Assembly: GCA_041737595.1 (NCBI GenBank) | Contig: JBGSRK010000010.1 | Span: 126,244 to 190,243, forward strand | Source: Patescibacteria group bacterium | GTDB lineage: Bacteria > Patescibacteriota > CPR2 > UBA1875 | Reading direction: 5' to 3' | Length of the DNA stretch: 64,000 bases | Shown here: piece after piece, positions 61,851 to 64,000 of the stretch | How the letters are laid out: every line of letters starts with the position of its first letter | How positions within the stretch are numbered: position 1 is the first letter of the stretch | Translations under genes and position numbers: made by a program | Notes under the pieces: model-generated | Told to the model about the DNA's origin: nothing | Database searches by the model: none | Seen by the model: only the letters and a program-made list of their open reading frames with translations

Positions 61851-63614
61851 TCAGGATTGGGTCGATTTTTCCAGTAGGGAAAGCTCCCGGGTAAGCTCTG
61901 ACAACCGCTCCTGAAGCATCGGATCCTCAACAGAGCTGACGCTACTCACCTCCTGAATTTTTTTCCGGATAACCGTCCGTTGGAGTTCCCGCAGGGTCTT
62001 GGTCCACTCCTCCCGGTATTGCTCCTCGTCATCGCTTATGCCTGAGATATCCCAAAGATACGCCTGATCCAATACAGTAAGGAGTTCAGAAGGAAGTGTT
62101 TTTACGAATAAGGCAATGGAAAAATCTTTATTCCCGGCCAGATAGGTTTCCAAAAGTTCCACTATGCGTCCGACCGGTTTATAGGAAAAATCCGAAAGCG
62201 GTATGGTTTTCTGTACCTCTTCCCACAGAAGTGCAGTTTTCCCCTGCAACAGAAGCGCAAGGGTGTAGAGTTCAATTTTTTCCTGCCGCGTTAGAGGAGC
62301 TGATACTGCATCTTTATTATTTTCCCGTTCCTGTCCAAACGGAATTTTTATTTTTCTCATCTCCTCATCCACATATTCCTCCGATACGCCCAGGAGTTGG
62401 GCTGTTTTTTTGATGTAGTGACCCTGGACAATCGAGTTGGTCATCCGGAATATGACCGGCAGTAATTCCGCCCCGGCTTTTTTCTTCCCGGAGGAAGATT
62501 GTATGTCATACCGTTTCTGAACGGATGCGAGGAAAAAGTCATAAATGGGTGTGGCTTCTTCCACTGCTTTTTTAAATCCGACCGGGTCTTCGCGTACTGC
62601 TTCATCCGGATCTTTGCCTGAAGGAATGACAATTGCCTTCATCTCAAATCCTTCCTTTTCCGCTAAATCAATACCGCGCCGTGATGCTGCATCTCCGGCC
62701 GTATCGCTGTCCAGACAAAACACCAATGTTTTGGTAAACCGCTTGAGAAGATGTACATGTCCCTCAGTGAGCGCTGATCCTTTGATCGCTACCACATTGC
62801 CAATACCCTCCTGAAATGAAGAAATGAGGTCCAGTTCTCCTTCCATGCAAATTGCTTCCCCGGTTTTCGCAATTGCTCCTTTTGTGACGTCCAAGCCATA
62901 GAGGACATTGCTTTTGCTGTACACCGGCGTCTCTGACGTGTTGATATATTTGGCTTCTTTTATGGTTGGGTCAAGGACTCTCCCTGAAAATCCGACCACG
63001 TTGCCTCTATGATCCCGGAGTGTAAACATGACACGGCCTCTGAACCGGTCATACCATCCGTGATTTCCCTTTACTGTCAGTCCTGCTGCTGCAATGATTC
63101 GTTCGTCATATTTTTTCTTTTTTAAAAAAAGCGTCAGGGCATCCCAACTATTTGGGCTGTACCCGAGTCCGAACGTTTTGATGGATTTATCGGAAATACC
63201 GCGGTTTTTGAGATACAGAAGTGCCTTCTCTCCAAGTTTATGCTTGGTCAGGATGTACTGGTAATACTGCACGGCAAGTGCATTGATCTCCCAAAGCGTT
63301 TCTTTCAGTTTCTGCTCCGGGGAATCTCCAGTCCTTTTTGTCAGTTTTATGCCCGCACGCTGGGCTAACTGTTCAAGTGCTTCAATAAAGTCTATGTGCT
63401 CATACTCCATGACAAAGTCTATGACGGATCCGCCTTTTCCGCACCCGAAACAGTGAAATGTCCCCCGCTCAGGAGACACCATAAACGAAGGGGTTTTCTC
63501 GTGGTGAAACGGACAGAGTCCTTTGAAATTCCGTCCTGCTTTTTTGAGCGTCACCCGCTCTCCGACAATATCCACAATATTTAACCGCTGTTTTATTTCA
63601 TCGACATCTGACAT
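61851..63614 (-). CDS. dnaG: DNA primase
   Basis: CPFHHEKTPSF..CFGC zinc finger, DRFRGRVMF, KYINT.ET, TOPRIM EG.LD and DSD.AG, KDPDE. Confidence 0.98.
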   Translation of the reverse strand: MSDVDEIKQRLNIVDIVGERVTLKKAGRNFKGLCPFHHEKTPSFMVSPERGTFHCFGCGKGGSVIDFVMEYEHIDFIEALEQLAQRAGIKLTKRTGDSPEQKLKETLWEINALAVQYYQYILTKHKLGEKALLYLKNRGISDKSIKTFGLGYSPNSWDALTLFLKKKKYDERIIAAAGLTVKGNHGWYDRFRGRVMFTLRDHRGNVVGFSGRVLDPTIKEAKYINTSETPVYSKSNVLYGLDVTKGAIAKTGEAICMEGELDLISSFQEGIGNVVAIKGSALTEGHVHLLKRFTKTLVFCLDSDTAGDAASRRGIDLAEKEGFEMKAIVIPSGKDPDEAVREDPVGFKKAVEEATPIYDFFLASVQKRYDIQSSSGKKKAGAELLPVIFRMTNSIVQGHYIKKTAQLLGVSEEYVDEEMRKIKIPFGQERENNKDAVSAPLTRQEKIELYTLALLLQGKTALLWEEVQKTIPLSDFSYKPVGRIVELLETYLAGNKDFSIALFVKTLPSELLTVLDQAYLWDISGISDDEEQYREEWTKTLRELQRTVIRKKIQEVSSVSSVEDPMLQERLSELTRELSLLEKSTQS

Positions 63615-63799
63615 ACCAGGAAGTGAAATTTCGATCTTTGCCTTTTATGCTTTTTTTGAAATTTCAATCTCTTTATAAAAAAAATATGATATTGTCCAGG
63701 AAGCCTTATTCAATTGGCAAAGAAAAAGCATATCGAAATTCTACTTCCTGGCATACCAGGTACTGAATTTTCGACTGTCAAAACTTCACTACCTGGCAT
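63612..63799. repeat. Cluster of four ~23-bp REP-like repeats in alternating orientation
   Basis: CATACCAGGAAGTGAAATTTCGAT (63612, fwd), ATCGAAATTCTACTTCCTGGCAT (63732, rev), CATACCAGGTACTGAATTTTCGA (63752, fwd), TCAAAACTTCACTACCTGGCAT (63778, rev). Confidence 0.75.
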
Positions 63800-63875
63800 T
63801 CCGAAGAATACCATAAAACGTTTTATAAATCCCAACAAGCCATTCGGATGGTATACTTTAAGTCATACGCCATGT

Positions 63876-64000
63876 ATGAAAAAACTAAAGACGAATCAAT
63901 GGGTGCTCATGGGACTTCTCATCCTTACTATAGCGTTTCTTGACATCATCCGGGTTATCATGGGAGCATTTCAAACTCCAGACGGCCAGGAATATCTGGC
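63876..64000 (+). CDS. Hypothetical membrane protein, 3'-truncated by the window edge
   Basis: MKKLKTNQWVLMGLLILTIAFLDIIRVIMGAFQTPDGQEYL..., open to the window end. Confidence 0.5.
   Translation, partial: MKKLKTNQWVLMGLLILTIAFLDIIRVIMGAFQTPDGQEYL

Overview
An AT-rich bacterial chromosome segment that spans the replication origin (jag-yidC-yidD-rnpA-rpmH <- -> dnaA-oriC-dnaN-recF-dciA). Gene content fits a Patescibacteria/CPR genome; this is inferred from content, not searched. From left to right it holds a surface-polysaccharide locus (glycosyltransferases, wzm, a wzt-GT2 fusion, rfbABCD, galU), secreted repeat-bearing enzymes, hsp20, comF, three tRNAs and pilB. Next come hrcA-grpE-dnaK-dnaJ with a perfect CIRCE, a two-component system coupled to a group 3b-type [NiFe]-hydrogenase operon with hypC, tRNA-Ile2 and the origin. 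Right of the origin lie a monoderm-type T4SS-like locus with four pilins, then recA, lexA, yajQ, rodZ, ftsK, polA, rpoD and dnaG. The most striking unexplained structure is two unlinked ~495-bp cassettes. Each is a small TrpR/YerC-like gene bracketed by two direct copies of its own 28-bp palindrome, and the two palindromes share one symmetric scaffold. Other points: a REP/RPE-like palindrome translated in frame inside rfbD, a 177-bp near-identical tract shared by two surface proteins, a tRNA-3'-end-like element, and an abrupt GC/codon switch inside rpoD (possible chimeric join). No CRISPR array, rRNA, transposase, integrase or reverse transcriptase was seen.
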